DNA of 64,000 bases from Octopus bimaculoides. Its lineage: Eukaryota. Shown piece after piece: positions 12,169 to 25,924 of this stretch. The stretch's first letter is position 1. Each line of letters begins with the position of its first letter. Position numbers and translations under genes: made by a program. Under the pieces are notes generated by a model. The model was not told where the DNA came from. It did no database searches and saw only the letters and a program-made list of their open reading frames with translations. The stretch is from positions 1,211,793 through 1,275,792 of the forward strand of contig NC_068983.1 of assembly GCF_001194135.2 (NCBI RefSeq). The letters are read 5' to 3'.

Positions 12169-12242
12169 TTACGTAATAATACACCATTATTTAATTACGT
12201 AAATTATTTTTATTGCATAAATATCATCATTTGGTTACGTAA
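12169..12242. promoter_or_regulatory. bZIP-site cluster (3x TTACGTAA, 1x TTGCATAA) upstream of copy B
   Basis: TTACGTAA at 12169, 12195, 12235; TTGCATAA at 12213; about 100-170 bp 5' of ATG; equivalent cluster upstream of copy A. Confidence 0.55.
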
Positions 12243-13207
12243 CAATCCGCTGTTGAAGTTTCAGGTTAGATCTGTTAATCTCGATAATTAACTGGTCTTA
12301 TTTGGATAAGAAAAAAATTCGCTTGTTTACAGAGAAATGCTGACAACTTTGTTGATTAAATTTTGAAGTAAATAAACATTTTCCCGGTTATCACCAATTC
12401 AACTTTCGTCTTTTTGGTATTTCACAAATTTTGAAACTTTTCCGAAAATATTAAATACAAAAGTGCATGGTTTTAGAGGTGCAGAATAGATGCATTTTAA
12501 GGAATCTATGAATACGCATTTCATGCATTACAATTAGTTATATTCTTAATAAAAATGACTGAGAATTTGAGTAGAATCCTTGAACAGATTTACAAAGATA
12601 TTATCGCTCGCATTGTCAGAAATTATTTTCAACGTAATATTTTAGATGTATTCCATTACAAAAGGATGTTTGAAATGTTCTGTCTGGTGCGAAGTATGCA
12701 ATGGTAATATTTTTTATCTCTCGAATTATTAATTTTACGAGTCTGTGACTGGATATATATATATATAAAGTACCTATACTTATTTCGATACTATCAATTA
12801 TGATCCTTAATTTATAAATATGAATATATGGAATAAACATGATCGGTATGTTATATTTTACATACACTTTAACACATCTTTCAGACGTGCGCAAACATTA
12901 CTATGTATCTAATAAGGTTAACTCTTAATCCGGATTGTCTATTCTTCTAGCAACATTATCACGTTTCTGCCAGGAAGGCAGCAACGTAACGACAATTTGT
13001 TGAAACATGAGTAATATTATCTTCAATAGAAATAATGTTATAGTCAGTGTTTTTTAAGTTAAGTGACTTCACTGATGCTGTTGATATTTGTTAGAGAATT
13101 TTTAGCTATGACGTGATCAAGCATTGCAAAAGCAAAATATTTGCTGTTCTCTCGACAAAATATCTGCCACCATAATACAGTTTTTGCTCTCAGCTGAGCT
13201 TAGTGTT

Positions 13208-13266
<59 letters not shown>

Positions 13267-13339
13267 AATAAATTGGTTTTATTATACACGCACAAATATT
13301 ATATACGCACATATGTATGTGTGTATGTATAAATGTATA

Positions 13340-13800
13340 TACGAACTCTACTCTCTCCAGCGCCGCCGCGAGCGGTATGTAATTTGCACGATGTTGAGAA
13401 TATACCACCAGCTTTGCCCAAAGGACCTGAACATTAGCTTCAAGGTACACCCAAGGCTGGGACGACGGGCCATATGTCCTCTGCCCAATTCAGGATCACA
13501 ATACATAAATACACTGCAACACAATTTCTTTTCCTCAACAGGCCCTGCCCTGTTTAATATTGTCCCAAAACAGATCAAAGAGGAAAAGTATCCCATCACC
13601 TTTAAACGGAATCTGGACAAATTTCTTCAAGGAATACCAGATAAGCCACCTCTAACTGGAAATAGCTCACTCAACAAGCACTCCCTACTCGAGTGGGTCA
13701 TGCTACCACAAAACTTGACTTTAAAAAATAATTTACATAATCCTATCAGGTGGTGCTATCAAGTTGGACATGACCTGGACCAATCTTTGGTCGAAACATA
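13340..13800 (+). mobile_element. CR1-group LINE 3' fragment
   Basis: LYSLQRRRERY...GPALFNIVP...FKRNLDKFLQGIPD. Confidence 0.78.
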
Positions 13801-13816
13801 TCTAAGTTTATCTCAG

Positions 13817-13866
<50 letters not shown>

Positions 13867-14995
13867 NNNNNNNNNNNNNNNNNNNNNNNNNNNNNNNNNN
13901 NNNNNNNNNNNNNNNNNNNNNNNNNNNNNNNNNNNNNNNNNNNNNNNNNNNNNNNNNNNNNNNNNNNNNNNNNNNNNNNNNNNNNNNNNNNNNNNNNNNN
14001 NNNNNNNNNNNNNNNNNNNNNNNNNNNNNNNNNNNNNNNNNNNNNNNNNNNNNNNNNNNNNNNNNNNNNNNNNNNNNNNNNNNNNNNNNNNNNNNNNNNN
14101 NNNNNNNNNNNNNNNNNNNNNNNNNNNNNNNNNNNNNNNNNNNNNNNNNNNNNNNNNNNNNNNNNNNNNNNNNNNNNNNNNNNNNNNNNNNNNNNNNNNN
14201 NNNNNNNNNNNNNNNNNNNNNNNNNNNNNNNNNNNNNNNNNNNNNNNNNNNNNNNNNNNNNNNNNNNNNNNNNNNNNNNNNNNNNNNNNNNNNNNNNNNN
14301 NNNNNNNNNNNNNNNNNNNNNNNNNNNNNNNNNNNNNNNNNNNNNNNNNNNNNNNNNNNNNNNNNNNNNNNNNNNNNNNNNNNNNNNNNNNNNNNNNNNN
14401 NNNNNNNNNNNNNNNNNNNNNNNNNNNNNNNNNNNNNNNNNNNNNNNNNNNNNNNNNNNNNNNNNNNNNNNNNNNNNNNNNNNNNNNNNNNNNNNNNNNN
14501 NNNNNNNNNNNNNNNNNNNNNNNNNNNNNNNNNNNNNNNNNNNNNNNNNNNNNNNNNNNTATATAAATATATATATACATGTGTATATATATATATGTAT
14601 ATATATATATATACATACATACATACATACACACAAATACATGTGTATGTGTATGTATATGTATATACCCACATACACACACACACACAGACAGGTATAT
14701 GTATGTGTAAATTGTTTGAAGTGGTGTACACGTTTTATATATTGAGTGAAAGGAGGCAGTTACGATTTACATTCTCCATTTCTATGCATATTTCAAGATG
14801 TTTATTGCTCTTTCATTGGTAGCAATGAGCAATAACACTTGAAATACAGATATAAATAAACAATCCAAATCTTGTCTACCTCCTTTTTCTTAATATAACC
14901 TAAAGGTTACGGTGTTATACTCATGATCAGCAGATAGTGGGTTCGATTCCCAGATCGAGCGGCGTGCATTCAGTATGACTGGGTGACCCTGCGAC

Positions 14996-15042
<47 letters not shown>

Positions 15043-16334
15043 CGACAGGTTTCTTTCAGTTTCCATCTACCNNNNNNNNNNTATCATTAAAAATACAGAT
15101 TAAATACAGGACATCACCAGCGAGTGAAAAATACGTAAGAATAGGACAAAATACCAAAAGAAGTTTAACTCCTCCTCAGTTGTCGACTGTTTATTACTAC
15201 TAGTTTCGAGCTTTCAATGACAAGACAAGAAAACATCATAAGACAGAAGCTTCCAGAAATGTTTAAAATATGAAATTTATGGAGAGTTAGGGCTTCGAAC
15301 GAACAAACGATACCAGAGTGGACATACAGAGTTAGCAATCAACGCAGACAGACATTAAGGGCCGTAAGGCCAAGACGAATTGTAATGGGTAACGCCTGGG
15401 AGAAATTTTGAAAGGATATAAATACAAGAGAAGAGAAAAATATCAAGACGCGAGAGAAATGATGTCAAGCTGTCTGGATATCCCATCCAAAAAGAAAAAT
15501 GGCTTTTAATCACGTGTGACCAACAGGCAGGGTGGGGAGGACAAGAGAGGGGAGGAGGGAAAGAAGCGTAGGGAGTGAAGAGAAGGGAGAAGGAAAAAAG
15601 ATACAACAAAGGAAAAAAGATACAACAAAGGAAAAAAGGGGACAACAAAGACGGAGGGGGAGAAAAAGAAATAAAGAGGATTACAGAGGGATAGAGAGGA
15701 AGAAAGAAAATAAGCAGAGAACCGAGTGTGGCGTCGCAGAAATTATACATAAATGTAAAATCTTACAAAAGTTGTGTGGCGTTCAATTTTAAATAATAAA
15801 AAATAAACATTAGACATCACAAACGAGAGAAAGATACGAAAATACACGACAGATAAGTAGAGGAGAAATACAAAAAAAAAAGGATACACATTAAGTACAG
15901 GATATCACCAACGAATGAAAAGTACTGTTGACATATTTTTCACTCGTTGGTGATGTCCTATACTTCATGTGTATTTTTAATTATTTATAATTGAACGCCA
16001 CGCAACCTTTGTCAACAGTATATATGTATATATANNNNNNNNNNNNNNNNNNNNNNNNNNNNNNNNNNNNNNNNNNNNNNNNNNNNNNNNNNNNNNNNNN
16101 NNNNNNNNNNNNNNNNNNNNNNNNNNNNNNNNNNNNNNNNNNNNNNNNNNNNNNNNNNNNNNNNNNNNNNNNNNNNNNNNNNNNNNNNNNNNNNNNNNNN
16201 NNNNNNNNNNNNNNNNNNNNNNNNNNNNNNNNNNNNNNNNNNNNNNNNNNNNNNNNNNNNNNNNNNNNNNNNNNNNNNNNNNNNNNNNNNNNNNNNNNNN
16301 NNTATATATATATACACATATACATATATATAAT

Positions 16335-16340
16335 TTTATT
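16335..16340 (-). terminator. Candidate polyadenylation signal AATAAA of DDC-like copy A
   Basis: TTTATT on + strand, about 35 nt downstream of the TGA at 16375-16377. Confidence 0.45.
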
Positions 16341-16374
16341 CACATATCTAATTTAGTTGTTAAAAAACATAGCA

Positions 16375-16581
16375 TCAGTCATGGACATTTGGAGTAAGTA
16401 ACACTGCATTAGCCAGTTTGCAAATAAGGTTACAGCAATGCTGTATATCTTCAGGTTTCGTGTGAGATGTGTTGATAACGAATCGAAGGAAAAGAATATC
16501 ATCAATTTTGAAAGACAGCATATAAAGTTCTCCGCTGCATTCTATTAATTTGAGTAACTTTTTGTTGCATTCATTGCTTCC
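16375..16581 (-). CDS. DDC-like: DDC-like copy A coding exon 12 (terminal)
   Basis: ttaacag|[68 protein letters not shown]. Confidence 0.9.
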   Translation of the reverse strand, partial: GSNECNKKLLKLIECSGELYMLSFKIDDILFLRFVINTSHTKPEDIQHCCNLICKLANAVLLTPNVHD

Positions 16582-19500
16582 CTGTTAAATAATAAATACA
16601 GCAGTAATTAGTAGACGTCGATAAATAAATAAAAACTAATTGTTAATACAAAGAAATAGTAATCATTGTTTGCAGTAGGACAATGTCGTATATTTGAGTA
16701 AGTACCGACTCGTGGGTAATAGGGTCAGTTACCTGTCTTCCATGGTTCCATTATAAGTCACCATAATCACAGCGTTCTCATAGAATAAGACTCCTGTTTG
16801 TTGTAGGGTTCCTCGTTTACATTGAAAGAAATGAAGCAGCGTAAAGTGAAGTGATTTTTCTCAATAACACAATGCAAAATGTGGTCCTGGAATAGAAACC
16901 GTGACCTTGTGATCGTGGGTATATCATTCTAACACTTTTAATGTTTTTCTGTCTCTCTAATGCTTCTGCACGCGCAGACCGTAGACAGCATCTCATCTTA
17001 TCCATCATGATGATAATAATGAACCTGAATCCGGATATAAACACTTGGGAATACTTCAGGTAGATGGAATTAAACACAACAATACGAAAGAAAAGACAAA
17101 GCAAGAGTACTTGCGGCGACTGAGAAAAATATTGATTTCAAAGTTGAATACCTGAAACATAATTTCGGCAATAAACTAGCGAGCATTCGCAGTAGATCGG
17201 TATGGTGCTGGATCTCTGAAGTGGACAAAGGAGGAGCTAGTGGATTTGGACAGGGAGACAAGAAAGCTCTTGACGATATATAGAGACCGTCCTCCGTGTG
17301 CAGACACTAATCGCTTAAACATGAAGAGAGCAAATAGAGAAAGGGGACTGATAAGTGTAGAAGACTGCGTAGAGATCGAACTCGGGAGTTTACTGAGATA
17401 CCTATTCCCAGTAAGGAAACCTTGCTAGTGTCACCTAGGAATGAGAAAGTACTGAAAGTAGAGAAAAGGAGGGGGAAAACTAGTCAGGAAGCACAAACTG
17501 GACGTGAAGAAGCATTCCACAAGTGAGTACACAATCGATTCCATATAGCCACAAGTGAAATTCCTGGAAAACATACGAGGAACTAGATGAAGAAGGGATC
17601 ACTGAGACAAAGAGTCTGAGAGCATGATACTAGCAACACAAGACCGAGCTGGGTCTTGGAGGGTCAACTTTAGGAATATGCATGTGTTTCCACTGTGCCG
17701 CATCTGTAACAGAGTGGACGAAACCATTGCCCATATCGCGAACGATCCTTGACTTGCCCAAAACCATTGCAAGTTGCGGTGACACCATCAGGTAGCGGAA
17801 GTACCACATTGGAAACTATGTGAAAATTGGTGTCTGGAGAGAGACAAGGCGTGGTATCAGCACAAAACACCGAGGTTGGCGGAGTCGGAGACCTGTAAAA
17901 TTCTGTGGGATTTCCCAATTCAAATAAATTAGGTGCTTGAACATAACAGACTAGGGCTAGTTGTGGTGGAAAAATTACATCACATGTGCTGTATAGTTGA
18001 TGCTGCGTGTCCCTTTGACCCACAAATAGTCAAGAAAGAAGGCAAAAAAATAGATATATGCAAGCACATATGCACCCATATTTCTACAAATCCTCTATAC
18101 TTATGCACGTTGCTGTTTCTCGGTTTCTCGCTTATACATCAATAATAAACAAAGTTTATACAACCTGCACACGGACGCGTACATGAAAAATACCGAACGC
18201 ACGTTATTTAAATGTCATTAATCAAAGAGGCAGAGACCCTAATTCCTCTGAACTAGAAAGGAATAACTATGATAAGTTTTCGATGAAAAAGCTATAAAGA
18301 ATAAAGGAGAAAGTAATGATATTGAATTTGATCCACTGAGCCTCGGGCAGTTACTATACGAAAGAAACTTCAACACACGTCCAGAGGCGGTGTTTTTTCA
18401 AAACTTTAATGCTGTATAAACTATAAACCATCTCTTAATGTCACTACACGAACGAATAGTAAAAACCAGAAAAGAGCGATGGACAGATAATGACTACAAT
18501 GGAGTGATATACGCACACTACGATGCAAAGCGTACAAGGATAAACTCACTCAGTAAATACACAGTAAAATAAAATAAAACAAAATAAAGCACGTGTGCTG
18601 AAGTTTCTTTCGTTTAGCAACTGTCCGAAGCTCAGTGGACGGAATTCACAACCATTACTTTATCCTTTATTCTTTATAAATTTTTCATCGAAAACTGATC
18701 ATAGTTATTTCTTTCAAGTTCAGAGGAATTAGGCTCTTCGCTTCTTTGGTTAAAGACTCTTCAGCAAAGGTATAAGTATGGAATTTAACATAGATAACTG
18801 TGCAATATTAATCATGAAAAAGTGACAGGTAGTCAACAGTGAAAGCATCCAGTTATCAGATGACCAGACAGTAAAATCATTGAAAGAAGGATAGAGATAT
18901 AAGCAACTAAGAGTATTAGAAGCTGACTGTGTACTAACTATAGAAATGGAAATGAAAAATGAGAAGGAGTACATCAGAAGGGTAAGGGAGCTAAGCAAGT
19001 CAAAAGCTAAATGGTCCGAATAATTGCACATTGTCGTTGCTTAGATACTCAGCAGCTTTTGTAGACTGGACAAAATCTCTTTTAACACGTCGATACAGAA
19101 GAACTAGGAAGGAATTCGATATGAATAGATGACTTCACCCAATAACAGGAGCAGCAAAATTATATTTACCTAGAAATGAAGGCAGAAGATGGTAAATATC
19201 AGCAGAAGACTGTGTGGAGTTAGTTAGAATAGATATAGCCACCTATGTAGGTAATAGTGAAGAAAGTCTATTAAGATCTGCTAGATTAACGGTAGGACAT
19301 AGGAAAACCAAAAGGCCAAATGAAGTTAAAAACCAGACAATGATAGAGAAACTAAGGCCAATAGGCCGGATATAGTCGTCAGAGATCACTAAAAAAAAAC
19401 AAAAAAATGTTTTCTAATCGATGTATCAATACCAACAGATGACAATGTTTCTCTAAAACAAATGGAGAAACTTTCAAAATACAAAGATCTTGAAATAGAG

Positions 19501-22500
19501 ACAATTCGAGTTTGGAGCCCAAAAAACAGAAATAATTCGAGTTTGGAGCCCCAAAAAACAGAAATAATTCGAGTTTGGAGCAAAAAGAAAACAGAAATAA
19601 TTCGAGTTTGGAGCCCAAAAAAAAACAGAAATAATCCGAGTTTGGAGCCAAAAAAAAAAAACAGAAATAATTCGAGTTTGGAGCCCAAAAGAACAGAAAT
19701 GATTCGAGTTTGGAGCCCAAAAACAGAAATAATTCGAGTTTGGAGCCAAAAAAAAAACAGAAATAATTCGAGTTTGGAGCCCAAAAGAACAGAAATAATT
19801 CCTATCAGAGCAGACGCATTAGTTATGATAATGAAATATATATAACATACAGAAGCAGATAGAAGAGACAGGCTATAAGTACGTGAGGATTTTGGAAATG
19901 GATAAATCGATGGAGAAAGAAATGGCAGAAAAATTTAAGGTGGGATACTTGCACAGACTGAGACTTGTCCTTAAGTCGAAGTTAAACGAACGGAATAAGA
20001 TCGAAGCTATCAACACCTGAGCGGTTTCACTCCTTAGATATGGAGCAGGGGTAATCGCATGGACAGTTGACGAACTAAGCAGTTTAAACAGAAAGACAAG
20101 GAAGCTGCTAACTGGATATGGGTCACTCCACCCAAAACGTGACACAGACAGACTGTGTGTACCAAGAAAAAGTGGCGGAAGAGGACTTATTTGAGAAAAA
20201 AAGAACGAAACTGTAAACGCATGAATGATTTACCTTTAGGCGAAAACATATGACTGTCATTAGATTGTCACCAATGAGTTCAAATCTTTCATCCTTTTCT
20301 ATCAAATTCTTAAATATGTGAGCCAATTTTATATCCTGAGAAGAACAAATATAAAAGGAAATTATTTAATGAGAGAAAACAACAATATTCAAAAACACGT
20401 CCTTCATGATAGCGTAGTAAGTGTTTATAATTGTGAATGAATTGTATGTTTCTATATGATTGTGAAGACATTATTGCAATAACAGTTGAATAGCTAGGGG
20501 CAGCATATAAACTTTCATATACTGAATAATCTCAGTGTTATATGGTTAATAAATGTAGACAATATCTATTTACATATCTGTGCATCTTGATTAATGCTAA
20601 GCACATTTCTTTTAACCGACATGTTCCCTTAAACTAGCGTTTTAGTTTAGGACAATTTTTAAGTATGGATTAGTCGGTTGCATTGATGACAAACACGCAA
20701 GCATATTATGCATTAGTTTTCACTAATTTTATTCTTAGATTTTAATAATTTTACATTATTTATCATTATTTTCCGCACCCTGAGGTCATTCAATTTTCAC
20801 TGTAATTATCTGTCCGTTATGAAAATATGACCATCATTTCAGACTTTTTCTTCCCGGACTTTACTTGATTTTCTATTTCCCAACTTTGCTGTTGCTTATC
20901 AAATCCGAGTTCATATAGAGAAGCTTATAAATACAGTTCCGACATGTTGAGATAAATTTTACTCTAGACTAGAAGTTAGGAAGAGAAATGAAGTTTTGCG
21001 ATCAACAGCTGTCCTATTTCAGAGTATTTCATCAATTTGTCACATTGAATTATTAGTTAATGTAAGATGTCATAGCAATAACAAATTTTATAAGCATAGA
21101 CCAGATGACTGATGTTATAATGGAGTCAGTAAACATTTTCCCTAGAATAAGATACTATTAACAGAATGATTCGAGTACACAAAACAAAGCTCACTTTTCT
21201 GATGATTTCCTGAAGTTTGTGCATCCCAAAGAGTCGTAAAACAAACCAGAGTTTCAGAGATCGAAACGAACGTCCACAAGGAATTTGCCAGGACTACAAT
21301 GTACAACGTTTAACAAATCAATAATAATAGAGATTTTTTTAGTATTTGGCTTCAGCAAAGTTACAACATGCAAGCCACACGCGCGCGCGCACTCGTATGA
21401 ACACATTATTACATGTACATAATGGACTCTCGTTGTATTCGACGCTTAAGAGTCAAATAATTTGACTTTCATTTTTACTCCAGATTTTGCTTTTTGTGTC
21501 TTCTGTGAGACACTAAACCTGCTTGTTCTTTGCAAACCAGACGACATCCTTTGCACAGAAAACTGTATTCTTTTGAGTTACGTGCTCAACCCTTGTATCG
21601 ACATGGCTCATGATACCACTTTGAGAGATTTTCCTCCACCTATTACGGCCAACAGCACCTTTCTCGGATCTATTTCAAAACGGGGGCACCAGTTTTCATT
21701 TATGTTTTATGTAGTGTTTTTGGTACCGAAAGACTTTTAAACTTCGTATACTTATCTATTTTGTGTTATAGAACACAAAAAAATGTTTGTATTCGAATTT
21801 ATTTCATGTAAAAAATTGTCTTATTTCGATAATTTCTACTAATCACTGACGTCTATTCAGTTGAAAACAGTTAGCGCTGTAACGGTGTATATCGTATTAA
21901 TCCCCTAACCCTAACCTAACCCTAACTAGACTGTTAACCCTAACCCTAAAACTAACCCTAACTCTAGAATCCGAACTCTAAAATTGTTACACACNNNNNN
22001 NNNNNNNNNNNNNNNNNNNNNNNNNNNNNNNNNNNNNNNNNNNNNNNNNNNNNNNNNNNNNNNNNNNNNNNNNNNNNNNNNNNNNNNNNNNNNNNNNNNN
22101 NNNNNNNNNNNNNNNNNNNNNNNNNNNNNNNNNNNNNNNNNNNNNNNNNNNNNNNNNNNNNNNNNNNNNNNNNNNNNNNNNNNNNNNNNNNNNNNNNNNN
22201 NNNNNNNNNNNNNNNNNNNNNNNNNNNNNNNNNNNNNNNNNNNNNNNNNNNNNNNNNNNNNAATACTGGTGCCCCCGTTTTGAAATAGATCCCCTTTCTC
22301 AAATTCTCATGCTTCAATTCTAATATACTTCGTATATTATTCTTCAACATATTCTTGTATCTAAGAAGGGGTCTTCCTTATATTTCGCACTCCCGTTTGA
22401 AGATGGCCACAAGTGGGAATTTTGGTAGTTCCCATCAGTCATCCAAGCAAAATGGCCAACCCATCTTAACTGAGACAGTATCAAGAAGGCCATTTTGCTT

Positions 22501-23172
22501 TGTATGTCACATTTATGAAATAACTGTTCATCAGAGACTCTGTCTTTCCATGTGAAACCACAAATATTTCTAAGACATCATTTGTGGAAAGTATTTAGCT
22601 GTTTGATGGGTTTTCTATTTGGTCTCCACGATTCAGACCCATTCAGCAATGTTGAGATTACAACTGTACAGTAAACTAATATTTTGCTTTTTAAACTCAA
22701 TCCTCTCGCATTCCAAACCTTTGCTCGTTGCTTTCCAAAGGCATCACAAGCCTTGGCGATCATATTTACTATTCCACCATCTAAAGAAGCGCTGAAATAG
22801 ATACACAAAATTCATATACGTAGGTGTTACCCATATACGGGCATTTGTGTAAATGAACGCGTATATGCATACATATGTGTGTACATATTCGGGTATCTTT
22901 GTATGTCCGTGCGTTTGCAGCTGTATTCCATAATTACATACATTATAATAAATAATAGTGGCGCGAGACTGTGATGTATTTTAGGTAAATATTAAGCCAC
23001 ATAATTTACAATAACAAACTGCTTCACGCATTTATATGTATATACATAGAATGTACTCACACACACACACGTGTGTGTGTGTGTGTGTGTGTGTATAGTA
23101 CTTGAAGTGGTGTACAGGTGGTGTTTGAATGTGTGTATCTACAAACATGTTAATATACATATATAAGAGGAG

Positions 23173-23267
<95 letters not shown>

Positions 23268-23625
23268 GAGAAAGAAAGAGAGAGATAGTGAGAGATAATG
23301 AGAAACAGAGAGAGGCTTTCAAAAACTATAACTGAACCAAAAATGACTTCTTGAATTGTAATTAAATTTCAACAAGTTGACAACACCGATAGAATGTAAT
23401 TGAAAAGAAACCTCTTTCTCTCTGTCTTTGCCTTTCATTTTTTTCTTCTTCCTCTTTTTCTCGTCTTTTTCATCGTTCTTCCTAAAATTGACATCTTGGA
23501 AGGTCATTTAGCATCAGCCACCTGTTAGTCAACAGAGACGCTTTCTTTCACTTTCTACTCACTACTCCACCCCTCCCTCCCTTCCTTCCTCTTTCTTCTT
23601 TCTCCTCTTCTAAACACACAAAACA

Positions 23626-23657
<32 letters not shown>

Positions 23658-25862
23658 ACACCAACATATTTTTTAATCCTTATGTGTATATTCACAAGCA
23701 TGTTAATTTCTCAGCATATAGGCTAGAAAATTTCTTTCTAAGCCCTTATTATAATTATACATTTAATTTCACATAAATTGGTCTTCCTGTTATATGATGG
23801 CCACTGATAAAATTGATTAAAAAAAAGTTTTATCCTCTATTATATATATGAAATTATAATGAAGGAGAATATTTATATTTATTGCTGTTGTTATTATTGT
23901 GCTTCGTAGTAGGTTGGTTTCCATTCCGGTTGCTTCTTTTATAGAATTTTTATCAGAATTTTTAGTAATCGTAATTCATTTTCTTTTTCTTTTTGTTCTT
24001 TGGTATTTTCTGGTTTATTACATATCAATTTATTTTTTTCTATCTTTATCTCGACTACTATTATATTCATAGACTTTATTATTACCATCAGGGTTAACGT
24101 TATTTTCTTTATGAACCTCGTTGTCTGGACCTATGTTTTTTGGGTTTTTTTTTTTTACTAAATTTCAATATTTTTTTACATTCTATCTTACTAAGTTATA
24201 ATAGTCCTCGTTTTGTGTGAATACTTTTTCATTCGCCAATAGGTTTGAAATACGTGACGAAACACGCTGTTATGCTCTTAATTTATTTTTGTATTTTAAG
24301 CTAGTGTTAGGTTTATGGTACGGTTTATATTTACCTACACTAAAATCTAACTTAATATCGAGGAAGTTAGCGATATTATGTTAATTTTCAATAGATATTG
24401 ATAGTCTTATATTTCTAAAGAATTTGAATAGTCTTTGCTTACACTTCTCGATTTCGCTATTAGAGTGGTTGCATACTGTGAATAGTGCACCATCCCTGTG
24501 TAGACCACCTCCAAGCTCAGAAAATTCCCTACTTATTGTAAACAGTATATATATATATATACTCTTTTACTCTTCTACTTGTTTCAGTCATTTGACTGCG
24601 GCCATGCTAGAGCACCGCCTTTAGTCGGGCAAATCGACCCCAGCACTTATTCTTTAGAAGCCTAGTACTTATTCTAGTGGTCTCTTTTGCAGAACCGCTA
24701 ACTTACGGGGACGTAAACACACCACCAGTGGTTGTCAAGCGATGTTGGTGGAACAAACACAGACACACAAACATATACACACACATACATATATATGCAT
24801 ATATACGACGGGCTTCGTTCAGTTTCCGTGTACCAAATCTACTCACAAGGCTTTAGTCAGCCCGAGGGTATAGTAGAAGACACTTGCCCAAGGTGCCACG
24901 CAGTGGGAATGAACCCGGAACCATGTAGTTGGTGGGCAAGCTACTTACCACATAGCCACTCGGTGACTTGTGCAAAGTCCGTTGATCCCATACTTATATC
25001 AAAGCACTCATTAGTGTCCTTCCATTCCCAGTACTTATTCTCAAATTTTTGTAATTGACTTTCTTGCTGCTAAATTACCTTTATTTCTTCCATGGATAGT
25101 GCAGAATTTTTCCTAGCAAATAAAAGAGCTTTATTGAGAAGGACTGGTTTTATAGATGAACAGTAGCTATTTACGTCGATTTGTATAAATCTTTTTTGTA
25201 TGTTTACTATCTATTTTATTAAAAACCAGTTGATTACGTTATTTGAGCAAGAGCAAAGTGTTGGCTTGATTATATTTCTAAGGAAGGGTATATACTTCTC
25301 CATAATCATTTTACTAATCTTACCTAAGTTTAATTTTGATGGACATATAACCCTTTCAGTAGGATTAGTTCTAAAATTAGGTTTGCGTTCCTTAATGTTA
25401 ATTCTTCGCATTCTGGGCTTATAAGGTTCTGTTTTGTCTGCTATCTCATCTTCTTCCATTATGCCTTTGGCTATTAAGTTTATTTTTCTTAGGTTGTTGC
25501 TGTTTGTTACTTTATAGTTCTTAGTTATTTCATTCTTAAGAAGTGCATGAAGTAAGAAATGCTTAAATTATATAGGTTACCCGTTTTATCTGCATACACC
25601 AGTCCTCCATTCTTATTCCTTAGTTCTTTGGTAATTACATGTTATTTCCTTAAATGTTCATTTCTACATACAGGGAATTTCTTAAATTAAATATTCTTGA
25701 CTATACATCGCAGTCCATCTCCAAATGCTGTCCATTACTGGTTTTGTGGTGGATATTTCCTCGTTTTATAAATCCTCTGTATCTGTGGAGTTTCTTCACT
25801 GATGCGATAATTGAAGTTTTCATTCTTCGTATCATAGAAGTAGCTTTCCACCTCCATATATG

Positions 25863-25924
<62 letters not shown>

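Noticed and set aside
13124-14731. Long ORFs (480 aa, 307 aa) and similar ones at 36364-37474, 43356-44343, 54496-55488, 59783-61006
   Set aside because: They read through N runs and microsatellites; any real residues are LINE remnants or a few tens of codons.
19500-19802. CRISPR-like regularly spaced repeats
   Set aside because: No unique spacers (only A-run length changes), no cas genes, eukaryotic context; same applies to 53294-53903 and 9939-10100.
21903-21963. Telomere or chromosome-fusion signature (CCCTAA)n
   Set aside because: Short, degenerate and enclosed by transposon TIRs inside an intron.
24880-24960. tRNA gene
   Set aside because: tRNA-like boxes run straight into a SINE body repeated many times in the window; no acceptor stem closure.
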